Made by a program: the position numbers and the translations under genes. Positions 1 through 9,406 of a DNA stretch of 64,000 nt are shown here, piece by piece; positions within the stretch are counted from its first letter, which is position 1; every line of letters begins with the position of its first letter. The DNA is from Pyrinomonadaceae bacterium (GTDB lineage: Bacteria; Acidobacteriota; Blastocatellia; Pyrinomonadales; Pyrinomonadaceae). The DNA is taken from positions 4,094 to 68,093 of the forward strand of contig DASYFE010000218.1 of assembly GCA_036498585.1 (NCBI GenBank). Direction: 5' to 3'. The notes under the pieces were generated by a model. It did not search any database, had not been told where the DNA came from, and saw only the letters and a list, made by a program, of their open reading frames with translations.

Positions 1-294
1 GTAGTCGTCCCAGTTCAGTCGTTTGTTGCGCCGATTTCGTCGTTCGAATTCTTCGTCGTCCATGTGGCCGGAGAAGGCCATGCGGGCGATCATGAAGTGG
101 TTACTGCCGAGAACTTTGCTGATTCTCTCGATGACGTAGGTGTTGAGTCCGCTGATCGAGGCTCCGACCGTCACGACCGACGCGACGCCGATGATGATGC
201 CGATCAGCGTCAAAAACGCGCGCAGTTTGTGGGCAAAGATCGACTGCAGGGCGATCTTTAGCGCATCGGAGTAAAAGGAAACAATTGCTTTCAT
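1..294 (-). CDS. ABC transporter permease, MacB/FtsX family (N-terminal part; gene runs off the window start)
   Basis: A reverse-strand ATG at 292-294 opens [41 protein letters not shown]. This is the typical first TM segment of MacB/FtsX-type permeases. The frame stays open to position 1. It is absent from the ORF track because it has no stop in-window. Confidence 0.75.
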   Translation of the reverse strand, partial: MKAIVSFYSDALKIALQSIFAHKLRAFLTLIGIIIGVASVVTVGASISGLNTYVIERISKVLGSNHFMIARMAFSGHMDDEEFERRNRRNKRLNWDDY

Positions 295-319
295 AACACG
301 GAGTCGGGGGCGTATACGC

Positions 320-363
320 CGTGTAAACCCGTGAAGTTCAGTTTGAAGCCACAGGTTTACACG
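320..363. repeat. family-C-like palindrome
   Basis: The arm CGTGTAAACCCGTG pairs with CACAGGTTTACACG with one mismatch. Confidence 0.6.
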
Positions 364-396
364 AGTAAGACGTTAGACACCGCCGTGTTATTAACA

Positions 397-486
397 GCAC
401 AGAACCGAGTGCGGTAGCACCGGGTCAAATTATTAGCTGGCGTGCAGGTTAAATCTGACCCGGCGCTACCGCGCTCGGTTCTGTGC
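397..486. repeat. family-F palindromic repeat
   Basis: GCACAGAACCGAGTGCGGTAGCACCGGGTCA and its inverted copy TGACCCGGCGCTACCGCGCTCGGTTCTGTGC are both present. The same arms recur at 23775, 48555 and 62364. Confidence 0.9.
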
Positions 487-490
487 TCTG

Positions 491-1750
491 TCAGGGAAGA
501 TCGACAGCAGGCTGAGCGGTGGAATTGCCGCCGCCAAATCGCTCCGCCCAGCGCACCCGACCCGTGATCTGCATTACCACGAAAAGCGTCAATATCGACC
601 CGATCGTGATAGCCAGCCCGGTGAATCCCTTGAGGAAGAACGCGTAGGAAAACAACACGAGATAGACGATCTGCGCGAGCGCTGCCTCCCGGCTCGCGAA
701 GCCGATTCCCACGACGAGACGCAGGTAACTCACGACGAGGGCAACTGACACGAGGGACGACAACGCGAAAGCCGCATGAATCGAAATGTGATCGACGAGG
801 TAAGCCAGCAGCAAATGGAACGAGAAGAACGCGGCGGCGAGGAAAAAGTAGTTCATCGGGTGCAGATCGATCCCGCGCATCGTGGTGATGATCAGCATGA
901 GGAAGAAAAAGAAGAAGAGCGATACCGGAGCAAAGAAGCTGATTCGTCCGGCGAGTGGACCCGGCTGCAACTTCTCCGGCATGAGCATCGCGATCTGGTA
1001 GCCAGACAGCAGACTCTTGTAAGACCAGTTCAGTTCCCAGCCGTTACCGGTCTCGGTTTTTTCAGAAGGAGAGAGCGTGTTGTCAGGGAAATCGATGTCT
1101 TTGAAGTTTGTTTTCATGCGCAGGGTGAAATCGCGGACCTGCGCTACGTCGCCCTCTCCAAACCTGTAACGCCACGACTGAAGTCCCTGCGAGCTGTAGC
1201 TGACGGCAAGCTGAGCAGTCTTGCCGGCGGCGACTTTGAACGCGGTGGCGGCGGCGTTCTTTTCATTAGTCAGTGGCATATTGTTGCCATCGACGGTGAA
1301 TATCAGGTCGTCGTAGATCGCCTGCGCGGTGGGGAACGGGAGCTTGAAGTCGACTGTTTGTTCTTTGTCGCTCGTGTTGCGGAAGCCGTAGACGCCGCTG
1401 AATTTGACTTTGTAAGTGCTGTACCAGAGCAGGCCTTTCTGGCGGTGTTGGAGATCGAGATCGACGTCGATCTTGCTGCTTTCGAGCGGCAGCTCTGTTA
1501 TGTGGTCTTCGCTGATCGTCTTGATCACATTAACGCCCATCTCAATACCGGCTTGCTGTCGCGTCGTTGTTGTTTTGTACGACGCTGTGGGTGGGGCTTG
1601 ATTCTGGGCCGTGCCCCACAACGATGCGACCTGGTCTGAAGACACGGAGCCGGAATCGTAGGTCCGCTGGAAGAGCGTAGTGCCGAGGATGGCCCAGGCG
1701 AGGGACGTGCAGACGAAGATAAACACAATCGCGATGATTCTTTTTGTCAT
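491..1750 (-). CDS. CreD-like inner membrane protein
   Basis: The layout is an N-terminal TM, a large soluble domain and a C-terminal cluster of hydrophobic helices (FFAPVSLFFFFFLMLIITT...), which resembles the CreD family. I prefer ATG 1750 (MTKRIIAIVF, GGAGA 11 nt upstream) over the track start GTG 1801. Confidence 0.6.
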   Translation of the reverse strand: MTKRIIAIVFIFVCTSLAWAILGTTLFQRTYDSGSVSSDQVASLWGTAQNQAPPTASYKTTTTRQQAGIEMGVNVIKTISEDHITELPLESSKIDVDLDLQHRQKGLLWYSTYKVKFSGVYGFRNTSDKEQTVDFKLPFPTAQAIYDDLIFTVDGNNMPLTNEKNAAATAFKVAAGKTAQLAVSYSSQGLQSWRYRFGEGDVAQVRDFTLRMKTNFKDIDFPDNTLSPSEKTETGNGWELNWSYKSLLSGYQIAMLMPEKLQPGPLAGRISFFAPVSLFFFFFLMLIITTMRGIDLHPMNYFFLAAAFFSFHLLLAYLVDHISIHAAFALSSLVSVALVVSYLRLVVGIGFASREAALAQIVYLVLFSYAFFLKGFTGLAITIGSILTLFVVMQITGRVRWAERFGGGNSTAQPAVDLP

Positions 1751-1825
1751 AGTCTGGGGATTCTCCGACTGGAGCGATTGGCGGGCAATGTGGTGAGCCA
1801 CAGAAACCGTATGTGGTAAAGGCTA

Positions 1826-2010
1826 GTATAGGTCCTATTCGTCCTACAGGACTGGCTTTGCCCGAAAAGTCGTCATACATGTCCTTCTCTGTGCAACCTC
1901 TGTGTCCTCTGTGTCTCTGTGGTTGACGATGGCTTAGGAAAAACAACCACAGAGACACAGAGGTTGCACAGAGAAATCAGACTTTTCGGGCAAGCGTATA
2001 GGACCTATAC
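1826..2010. repeat. composite nested palindrome (outer GTATAGGTCCTAT...GCCCGAAAAGTC arms enclosing a family-A element)
   Basis: The outer arms at 1826-1871 and 1978-2010 are inverted copies. The inner arms at 1885-1924 and 1945-1975 are family A. The right end overlaps the sucA stop codon. Confidence 0.85.
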
Positions 2011-5000
2011 TTTTAGTGCTTCGCTCACCAGTTCTGCTTGTTCCTTCTGGTGGATGCTGTAGGAGCCGGTGGCGGGGCTCGCGGAGGCGGAGCGTCCCAC
2101 GTATTTCGGGCGCTCGCAGCTCGGCAGCAGGTTCTCGAGTCGCTCCTGGATGAAGGTCCAGCCGCCCATGTTCTGCGGCTCTTCCTGCGCCCACACCAGC
2201 TCTTTCGCGTTGGGATATTTCGCGAGCATTTCGCGCAGGCTTTGCAGCGGAAACGGATAGAACTGCTCGAGCCTCACGATCGCGACACTTCGATCATCGC
2301 TCTTCTTTCGCGCGTCTGCGAGGTCGTAGTAGACCTTGCCGCTGCACAGCACGATCCGCTTCACCGCATCACGATCCTGGATCTCAGCATCGTCAATCAG
2401 TGGCTGGAAACCTCCGCTCGCGAGTTCCTCGATGCTCGACGCCGCCGCCGGCAATCGCAGCAGGCTCTTCGGCGTCATCACGACGAGCGGGCGTTCCATT
2501 CCGGGCCTGACTTGCCGCCGCAGCAGGTGGAAATACTGCGCCGGTGTCGTCGGATAGCAAACCTGTAGATTGTTCTCCGCGCACAGTTGCAGGTATCGCT
2601 CCAGACGCGCGCTGGAATGCTCCGGTCCTTGTCCTTCGTAACCGTGCGGCAGAAGCATCACGAGCCGCGAAGTCTGCTTCCACTTGTCTTCCGAAGCAGC
2701 GATGTACTGGTCGATGATCGTCTGCGCGCCATTTCCGAAATCACCAAACTGCGCTTCCCACAAAACGAGCGCATCTTTATCGACGACGGTATAGCCATAC
2801 TCGAATCCGAGCACGCCTTCTTCCGACAACGAGCTGTCAAACACATCGAAGCGCGCGTCAGGATTTGACTCAGATCGCAATTCCGAAAGCGGCGCCCACG
2901 ATTGCCCGGTTTGCGTGTCGAAAAGCACAGCGTGACGCTGGCTGAATGTTCCGCGTCCGGAATCCTGCCCACTCAGGCGCACGCGCGTGCCCTCGATCAC
3001 GAGCGATCCAAACGCGACGGCTTCGGCAAACGCCCAGTCTACGGCCGTGCTGCCGTCCCCCATCTTCGCGCGTCGCGCAAGCTGGCCCACCATCTTCGGA
3101 TTCACATGAAATCCTTCCGGCACGACCGCGATCTTGTGCGCGATGCTCCTGATCGTTTCAGCCGCGACGCCGGTGGGAACCACTGCCGAACCGTCAAGCT
3201 CTTCGACGCGTGGCTGCGAGTGCTGTGGCTCTTCAGTAACCTTGCGCTTCGCATTCGCGAGCGCGTCTTCATACCGGCGCACGCGCTCTGCGATCAGGTT
3301 GTTTACCTCTTCTTCAGTGACCACGCCTTCCTTGATCAAGCGCTTCGCGTAGACGGTGCGCACGCCCGGATGCGCTTTGACGCGCGCGTACATCAGCGGC
3401 TGCGTGTAGCTCGGCTCGTCAGTCTCGTTGTGACCGAGTCTGCGGAAACCGATCAAATCGAGCACGACGTCTTTGTTGAACTCCTGGCGGTAGTCGAGCG
3501 CGATTATCAGCACGCGATACGCCGCCTCTGGATCGTCGCCGTTGATATGGAAGATCGGCAACTGCGTCATGCGCGCGACGTCAGTCGAATAGATCGTCGA
3601 ACGTCCCGCTGAGGGCGACGTCGTGAATCCGATCTGGTTGTTGATGATGATGTGGATCGTGCCGCCGGTGCGATAGCCTTTCAGACCGGCAAGATTCAGC
3701 GTCTCCATCACGACGCCCTGGCCAGCGAAGGCCGCGTCGCCGTGCAGCAGCACAGGAAGAGCGAGATCGATCACCTGCTCACGTGTTGCATTTCGCAGGC
3801 TTAACATTGTGTCCTGCGTTGCGCGAACCATTCCCTCGACGACCGGATCCACGGCTTCGAGATGGCTCGGATTCGGCGACAAAATGAGCTCGACTTTGCG
3901 GCCGTCAGCCAGAACACGTTCACCCGTCGCGCCCTGGTGATACTTCACGTCACCTTCATCGGCCGGAAACTCCGGATGGACCGAGCCTTCGAACGCCGCG
4001 AAGATTCTTTCGCAAAGGTTTCCGATCACGTTTGCGAGCACGTTCAAGCGTCCGCGATGGGCCATGCCGAACGTGATGTGCTCGACGCCGCGCGCCGCTG
4101 CGCCGTCGATCAGTCGATCGAGAAGCGGAATGATCGTTTCGCAGCCTTCGAGTGAAAAACGTTTCTGTCCGAGATATTTCGTGTGTAGAAAGCGCTCGAA
4201 CTGCTCCGCCGAGATCAGTTTCCACAGCAGACGTTTCTTCACGTCAACCGGAAGCGGTTCGGGTTCGACAAACTCGCGTCTGATCTGGTCGCGAATCCAC
4301 TGCTTTTCTTCTTTGCTTTGAATGTGACGATACTCGATGCCGACCTTGCCGCAGTAAGCACGTTGCAGAACGTCGAGAATTTCGCGGAGCGTCATGATCT
4401 CGCGATTGGCGAGTCCGTCAGTGATGAACGTTCGATCGAGGTCCCAAATCGTCAGGCCGTAATTCTCGATGTCGAGCTCCGGGTGATAGAGAATCGGGAG
4501 GGCGTGCAGCGGATCTGTGTCGGCGATCAAATGGCCGCGCACGCGATACGCGTTGATCAGCTCGATCACTTTCGCTTCCTTGAGCGTCTGCTCGCGCACC
4601 TGATCGCCCTGCAGGAAGAACGGATTGCGATCGAGGTTCCAACCAAACGGCGCGTGCGGAATGCCGAGGTTCAGGAAGATGTGTTTGTAGAAGTCGTGCT
4701 TGCCGATGATGAACTCGTGGATGCGCGCGAGAAACGCTCCCGACTCAGCGCCCTGAATGATGCGATGATCGTAAGTGCTGCTGATCGAGATCGCTTTGCT
4801 GATGCCGAGCTGCGACAGAGCTTCTGGCGCCATCGCCTGGTACTCCGCCGGATACTCGATCGCGCCCGTGGCGATGATCACTGACTGGCCTTCCATCAGT
4901 CGCGGAATCGACGCGACCGTGCCGATCGTTCCGGGGTTAGTTAACGAAACCGATGTGTCCTGGAAATCGGAGATCTGGAGTTTGCCTTCGCGCGCGCGCG

Positions 5001-5667
5001 TGACGACGTCGTCGTAAGCGGTCAGAAACTCCGCGAAGCTCAGCGCGTTTGCGTTCTTGATGTTCGGAACGAGAAGCGTGCGCGTGCCGTCTTTCTTTGT
5101 CACATCGACAGCGACACCGAGATTGACGCCTTTGCGCTTCACGCGCGAGTGAGTGCCGTCAACTTCAGCGTAGCCGTCGTTGAGCTGTGGGTACGTGTCG
5201 AGCGCGCGCAGTACCGCCCACGCGATCAGGTGCGTGTATGAAGCTTTGCCGCGATCCTTCTCTGCGAGGTGCTGGTTGATGATGCGACGGTTTTCATCCA
5301 GCAGCTTCACCGGGATGCGCCGTTCGGAGGTCGCAGTCGGAACGGAGAGACTGCGCTCCATGTTTTCGACGATCTTGAGCGCCGGGCCGCGAATGGGAAG
5401 TACTTCACCCGCGGGCTGCGGTTTGGGTTCGGGAGCTTTCGCAGGCGCAGGAGCGGGTGCAGCAGCGGGCGCCGCGCTGGCTTTTTGTGGCGCTGCGGCT
5501 CCGTCTCCGCCATTGCTGGTTAGTTCACTGAAATACGCACGCCAGGAGTCGTCGACGAGCTCAGGGTTGTTGCGGAAGCGTTCGAGCAGTCCTTCGACGT
5601 AGGTGGCGTTCGCGCCGAATTCCTCAGCGATTAGCTGCGACAAATCGGGTGTATTTTGCTGACTCAA
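2005..5667 (-). CDS. sucA: 2-oxoglutarate dehydrogenase E1, Kgd/OdhA-type with fused E2-like acyltransferase domain
   Basis: The N-terminus reads LIAEEFGANATYVEGLLERFRNNPELVDDSWRAYF, followed by an Ala/Pro-rich linker. An acyltransferase-like domain with DHRIIQGAESGAFL comes next, then the TPP-dependent E1o body (YCGKVGIEYRHI, LLHGDAAFAGQGVV, RLERYLQLC). TTG 5667 has GAGGT 7 nt upstream. The track start is TTG 5700. Confidence 0.9.
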   Translation of the reverse strand: MSQQNTPDLSQLIAEEFGANATYVEGLLERFRNNPELVDDSWRAYFSELTSNGGDGAAAPQKASAAPAAAPAPAPAKAPEPKPQPAGEVLPIRGPALKIVENMERSLSVPTATSERRIPVKLLDENRRIINQHLAEKDRGKASYTHLIAWAVLRALDTYPQLNDGYAEVDGTHSRVKRKGVNLGVAVDVTKKDGTRTLLVPNIKNANALSFAEFLTAYDDVVTRAREGKLQISDFQDTSVSLTNPGTIGTVASIPRLMEGQSVIIATGAIEYPAEYQAMAPEALSQLGISKAISISSTYDHRIIQGAESGAFLARIHEFIIGKHDFYKHIFLNLGIPHAPFGWNLDRNPFFLQGDQVREQTLKEAKVIELINAYRVRGHLIADTDPLHALPILYHPELDIENYGLTIWDLDRTFITDGLANREIMTLREILDVLQRAYCGKVGIEYRHIQSKEEKQWIRDQIRREFVEPEPLPVDVKKRLLWKLISAEQFERFLHTKYLGQKRFSLEGCETIIPLLDRLIDGAAARGVEHITFGMAHRGRLNVLANVIGNLCERIFAAFEGSVHPEFPADEGDVKYHQGATGERVLADGRKVELILSPNPSHLEAVDPVVEGMVRATQDTMLSLRNATREQVIDLALPVLLHGDAAFAGQGVVMETLNLAGLKGYRTGGTIHIIINNQIGFTTSPSAGRSTIYSTDVARMTQLPIFHINGDDPEAAYRVLIIALDYRQEFNKDVVLDLIGFRRLGHNETDEPSYTQPLMYARVKAHPGVRTVYAKRLIKEGVVTEEEVNNLIAERVRRYEDALANAKRKVTEEPQHSQPRVEELDGSAVVPTGVAAETIRSIAHKIAVVPEGFHVNPKMVGQLARRAKMGDGSTAVDWAFAEAVAFGSLVIEGTRVRLSGQDSGRGTFSQRHAVLFDTQTGQSWAPLSELRSESNPDARFDVFDSSLSEEGVLGFEYGYTVVDKDALVLWEAQFGDFGNGAQTIIDQYIAASEDKWKQTSRLVMLLPHGYEGQGPEHSSARLERYLQLCAENNLQVCYPTTPAQYFHLLRRQVRPGMERPLVVMTPKSLLRLPAAASSIEELASGGFQPLIDDAEIQDRDAVKRIVLCSGKVYYDLADARKKSDDRSVAIVRLEQFYPFPLQSLREMLAKYPNAKELVWAQEEPQNMGGWTFIQERLENLLPSCERPKYVGRSASASPATGSYSIHQKEQAELVSEALKV

Positions 5668-5700
5668 TCTTGTTACCTCGGGAACTGGATAGACTAACAA

Positions 5701-5729
5701 ATCCGTCCCGATCCGTGAAATCCGCGGCT
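5701..5729. repeat. family-C half element
   Basis: ATCCGTCCCGATCCGTGAAATCCGCGGCT is a run of ATCCGTG-type units. Confidence 0.7.
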
Positions 5730-5755
5730 TATTTCTAGTAGTTCCTGGTCTGGAT

Positions 5756-5851
5756 TTCTCTGTGCAACCTCTGTGTTCTCTGTGTCTCTGTGGTTAGTAT
5801 TGCCAGAAAACCACCACGGAGACACAGAGAACACAGAGGTTGCACAGAGAA
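5756..5851. repeat. family-A palindromic repeat (CTCTGTG arrays)
   Basis: TTCTCTGTGCAACCTCTGTGTTCTCTGTGTCTCTGTGGTT is followed by a loop and its inverted copy. Confidence 0.95.
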
Positions 5852-5876
5852 GCAGTTCAAATTAGGTCACCACCGC

Positions 5877-6950
5877 TTATTTCTCGATCAGAAACAGAAA
5901 CTCTCGGTTTGTCTGTTCCGCTTCGCGTATCCATTCGTGCGTCCAACGCATGCCGCCCATCACGTTGCGCTTGTAATCCACTTCCACGACGTCGATCAGC
6001 TTTCCGGAGCGGCTGATCGCGTCGTTCAGCTCTTCCGCCGTAGCTCTGCCACCTGAGCTGTAAGAAAGAATGACGTATCGCGCTTTTGTCTGTTGTAGTA
6101 GTCGCTCGATCGCATCGACCACGATGAACCGTCCAGCTTCATTCTTCCTGTAGTCTTCAAACACCGACGCACTCAAGACGTCGCTCGTGTCTGCGCGCCT
6201 GTTTGCTTTCCCGAATAGGGGTGGGGTGTCGAAGAGGCAGATCGAAGTCCAAAGGTGATAGTAGGCAGCGTAGCGGACGCGGGACGGCGGCATCTTGTCG
6301 TTGTTCGAGCCGTATGGCGGATCGTAATAAGCCAGATCCGCGTCTATCGATCCGGCAAGATCGAAAATATCCGCGTTATGAACTTCATGCTCGCGCGTCT
6401 TTGGAATCAATCTCGGCACGCGCAACTTCATCTCGCGAAACGAGCGTGGCGACCAGTCGCTCAGGTACGAAGCGTAATGTCCGAGGGTGCTGTCGACTTC
6501 GTCCATCGCGAGGATGAGACTCGTTAACGCGACTGCTTTTTCATCAGGACTCAATTGCTCGATCGCCTCGCGGATAGCATCGAGCTTGAGAGTGTTGTGT
6601 CGTTGCCACGGTTTCTTTAGATCATCCGCATCCCCGCCATAGTGTTCGGTGAACCATCCGTCCTTGCCGGGAAGCGCGTTGAGATGGTCGACCAAGTCCT
6701 GGTAATGCGCGGCCTGATGAGGGCTCAACAGATAACAATCACCGAACACCCTGGACCACACGGCGATATCGTTTGCGATCACGCGGTAACCGCATTGCGC
6801 GAACGCCTGCGAGACGCGTGTCGTGCCTGAGAAGCCGTCGAACACAGTTCTTGGTTCAACTCGTGCCGACAAGTCGAGGATGTGAGGCAAGAGCTTTAAC
6901 TTCGAGCCGGCGTACTTGATGCCTTCGGTGCGTGGAATTGTTGATAGCAT
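5877..6950 (-). CDS. D12-class N6-adenine DNA methyltransferase (orphan)
   Basis: The motifs are KYAGSKLKLLPHI, FDGFSGTTRV (SAM-binding FxGxG) and YYDPPYGS (the DPPY catalytic motif). No endonuclease-like neighbour is present. Confidence 0.8.
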   Translation of the reverse strand: MLSTIPRTEGIKYAGSKLKLLPHILDLSARVEPRTVFDGFSGTTRVSQAFAQCGYRVIANDIAVWSRVFGDCYLLSPHQAAHYQDLVDHLNALPGKDGWFTEHYGGDADDLKKPWQRHNTLKLDAIREAIEQLSPDEKAVALTSLILAMDEVDSTLGHYASYLSDWSPRSFREMKLRVPRLIPKTREHEVHNADIFDLAGSIDADLAYYDPPYGSNNDKMPPSRVRYAAYYHLWTSICLFDTPPLFGKANRRADTSDVLSASVFEDYRKNEAGRFIVVDAIERLLQQTKARYVILSYSSGGRATAEELNDAISRSGKLIDVVEVDYKRNVMGGMRWTHEWIREAEQTNREFLFLIEK

Positions 6951-6992
6951 TAAGGAAGAAAGTGTACGCTACGCATTACCCGCATAAGCATA

Positions 6993-7595
6993 ATGGAACA
7001 AGTAAACGAGCCACGCACTAAACTCAGGACAATTGTAGTTTTTGCGATGCTGTTCGCCGTCTTCGGCGCGGTCGTCGTCTTCGCTTACTTCTCGACTTTC
7101 TCGCGCCCGGTCACGACTGTGATCCTCGTCCGGCACGCCGAGAAAAAGATCGAACCGACGAATCCCGATCCCGATCTGGCGCCTGAAGGTGTTGAGCGCG
7201 CCCAGGAGATCGCGCGTGTCTTTGGCGACGCAGGCATCAATGCAATCTACGCCACGCAGTACAAGCGCACACAGCAGACCGTCAAACCGCTTTCGGATCG
7301 TACGGGCGTGGCCGTAACGGTGCTCGAGTCGAGCCAGACGAACGAGCTACTAAAGCGAATTCAGACCACTTATCGCGGCCAGACGGTTTTCATTGCCGGT
7401 CACAACAACACGGTTCCGGCGATGGTGTCAGAGCTGAGCGGCCAAACTTACCCCGTGATTCCCGAGAGTGAATACGACAATCTTTATATCGTCACGATCT
7501 ACCGTTTTGGTAAAGCGAAAGTCATCAAGCTGAAATACGGAAGGTCGAGCACACAGGGAGTTGGCACGGGAACGATGGTCCCAATGAATAAATAA
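6993..7595 (+). CDS. histidine phosphatase family protein (membrane-anchored)
   Basis: It has an N-terminal TM (IVVFAMLFAVFGAVVVFAYF), a VILVRHAEK (RHG-type) motif and a downstream AGHNNTV histidine. Confidence 0.75.
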   Translation: MEQVNEPRTKLRTIVVFAMLFAVFGAVVVFAYFSTFSRPVTTVILVRHAEKKIEPTNPDPDLAPEGVERAQEIARVFGDAGINAIYATQYKRTQQTVKPLSDRTGVAVTVLESSQTNELLKRIQTTYRGQTVFIAGHNNTVPAMVSELSGQTYPVIPESEYDNLYIVTIYRFGKAKVIKLKYGRSSTQGVGTGTMVPMNK

Positions 7596-7601
7596 ACTAC
7601 C

Positions 7602-9398
7602 ATGAAGAAGAACAAGAAGCCCCGCAAAACAAACGTTGACCGCCGCAATTTTGTAAAACTGCTTCCGGCACTTGGAGCCGCCGGTTTGGCCTCTACAAAC
7701 CTGCCGCTCGACGCGCTTGCGCAAACACCATCACCGACACCCGTTCCTTCGCCCAGCCCGTCGCCGACGCCGCCACTGCGCATCACGCAGGAAATGATGC
7801 ACCAGGCTGAGAAGCTGATCGGCATTGAGCTCACTGACGCGCAGGAAGCGATGGCGCTCAGCGGCGTCAATCGCAATCTCGACGCATACGAGGCGAACCG
7901 GAAGATCGATGTGCCGCTCGATACCGAGCCGGCAATCGCCTTTCATCCCGCGCGCGCTAAGAAGGAGTTGTACGCGCCGAAGACGAAGTTTCGCTTCGGC
8001 AAGGTTGAGCTGCCGCAGTTCAACAACATCGAAGAGCTTGCCTTTGCGACTGTTCCTCAGCTCGCCGAATTGATTCGCACGCGCCGGATCAGTTCGACTG
8101 ATCTCACGAAGATGTATCTCGCGCGGCTGAAGACTTTCGGGACAAAACTGCTTTGCGTCGTGACGCTGACGGAAGATCTCGCGCTCAAACAAGCTGCCGC
8201 CGCCGACGCGGAGATCAAGCGTGGAAAATATCGTGGTCCGCTGCACGGAATACCGTGGGGCGCGAAGGATCTCTTCGCCACCAAAGGCATCAAGACGACG
8301 TGGGGCGCTGAGCCATATCGCGACCAGGTAATCGATTACGACTCGACTGTCGTCGAGCGATTGAACGAAGCCGGCGCGGTGCTCGTCGCGAAGTTGTCGA
8401 TGGGTGCACTCGCGCAAGGTGGGCGCTGGTTTGCCGGTGTGACGCGAAATCCCTGGCAGCCTGAGGAAGCTCAAATCGGATCGAGCGGCTCGTCGGCTGG
8501 TCCGGCGTCTGCGACTGCGGCTGGGCTGGTCGGGTTCTCAATCGGCACTGAGACGCTCGGCTCGATCGTTTCGCCTTCATCGCGTTGTGGCGCCACGGGG
8601 CTGCGTCCGACGTACGGCCGCGTGAGTCGTTACGGGGCGATGGGCTTGAGCTGGACCATGGACAAGATCGGTCCGATCTGTCGCGGCGTGGAGGATTGCG
8701 CCGCCGCATTGCACGCGATCTATGGTCCTGACGGGAAAGACATCACGGTGGGCGATGCGCCGTTCAACTGGAACCCCGATACAAACATCAGCACGCTGCG
8801 TATTGGTTATCTCAAGACGGAATTCGAGCCGAACATTGGCGGTACAGGGGCGCCATCGGCTCAGATCGAACAACGTCGCGCGCTCTACAAAGACGCGCTC
8901 GCAGTGCTCGAAAAAGCGGGCGCGAAATTGACGCCGATCGAGATGCCGAAGATCGCAGCGGGTTCGTTGCGGTTCATCCTGTCGGCGGAAGCGGCGGCGG
9001 CATTCGACGACATCACGCGCGACGGACGTGTCAACCAGTTGTCAGGGCAATCGCCTAACGACTGGCCCAACACGTTCCGCACGTCGAGATTCATTCCCGC
9101 TGTTGAGTATTTGCGGGCGCAGCGGGCGCGTACGCTGCTCATTCACGAGATGGAGAAGCTGATGTCGCAGTGGGACGTTTTTGTTAGTCCCGCGCCGGGT
9201 AGTGCGAGTTTGCTGGTTACAAACCTCACGGGAAATCCCGCGGTGGTGCTGCCGTGCGGCTTTGTGAACAATCTGCCGATCGCGATCATGTTTACCGGAG
9301 GCGTTTACGACGAGGAGTCGCCGTTGCGGGTGGCGCTGGCGTTCGAGCGCGCGACGAAGTGGCACACGATGCATCCGAAGATGGAAGCCACGGATTAG
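7602..9398 (+). CDS. amidase-signature family amidase with Tat signal
   Basis: It has a twin-arginine signal (DRRNFVKLLPALGAAGLAS), a Pro/Ser-rich linker, and amidase signature motifs GIPWGAKD and GSSGSSAGPASATAAG. Confidence 0.85.
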   Translation: MKKNKKPRKTNVDRRNFVKLLPALGAAGLASTNLPLDALAQTPSPTPVPSPSPSPTPPLRITQEMMHQAEKLIGIELTDAQEAMALSGVNRNLDAYEANRKIDVPLDTEPAIAFHPARAKKELYAPKTKFRFGKVELPQFNNIEELAFATVPQLAELIRTRRISSTDLTKMYLARLKTFGTKLLCVVTLTEDLALKQAAAADAEIKRGKYRGPLHGIPWGAKDLFATKGIKTTWGAEPYRDQVIDYDSTVVERLNEAGAVLVAKLSMGALAQGGRWFAGVTRNPWQPEEAQIGSSGSSAGPASATAAGLVGFSIGTETLGSIVSPSSRCGATGLRPTYGRVSRYGAMGLSWTMDKIGPICRGVEDCAAALHAIYGPDGKDITVGDAPFNWNPDTNISTLRIGYLKTEFEPNIGGTGAPSAQIEQRRALYKDALAVLEKAGAKLTPIEMPKIAAGSLRFILSAEAAAAFDDITRDGRVNQLSGQSPNDWPNTFRTSRFIPAVEYLRAQRARTLLIHEMEKLMSQWDVFVSPAPGSASLLVTNLTGNPAVVLPCGFVNNLPIAIMFTGGVYDEESPLRVALAFERATKWHTMHPKMEATD

Positions 9399-9406
9399 AC
9401 AGATTT
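9387..9406. repeat. family-C remnant spanning the amidase/kinase stop codons
   Basis: GCCACGGATTAGACAGATT resembles GCCACGGATTACACGGAT at 42677. Confidence 0.4.

Noticed and set aside
64-261. Plus-strand 65-aa ORF at the window start.
   Set aside because: It lies antisense to a much better minus-strand reading frame (1-294) encoding a typical MacB/FtsX permease N-terminus. Its Asp/Arg-rich composition is typical of antisense frames.
5790-6056. ORFs translated from repeat elements: 5790-6056, 1934-2194, 50209-50427, 50256-50480, 51373-51699, 51401-51802 and 60524-60880. They contain peptides such as PQRHREHRGCTEK or LCVLCVSVV.
   Set aside because: The recurring peptides are simply translations of family-A and family-B palindromes. 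The ORFs have no SD and overlap hairpin arms on both strands.
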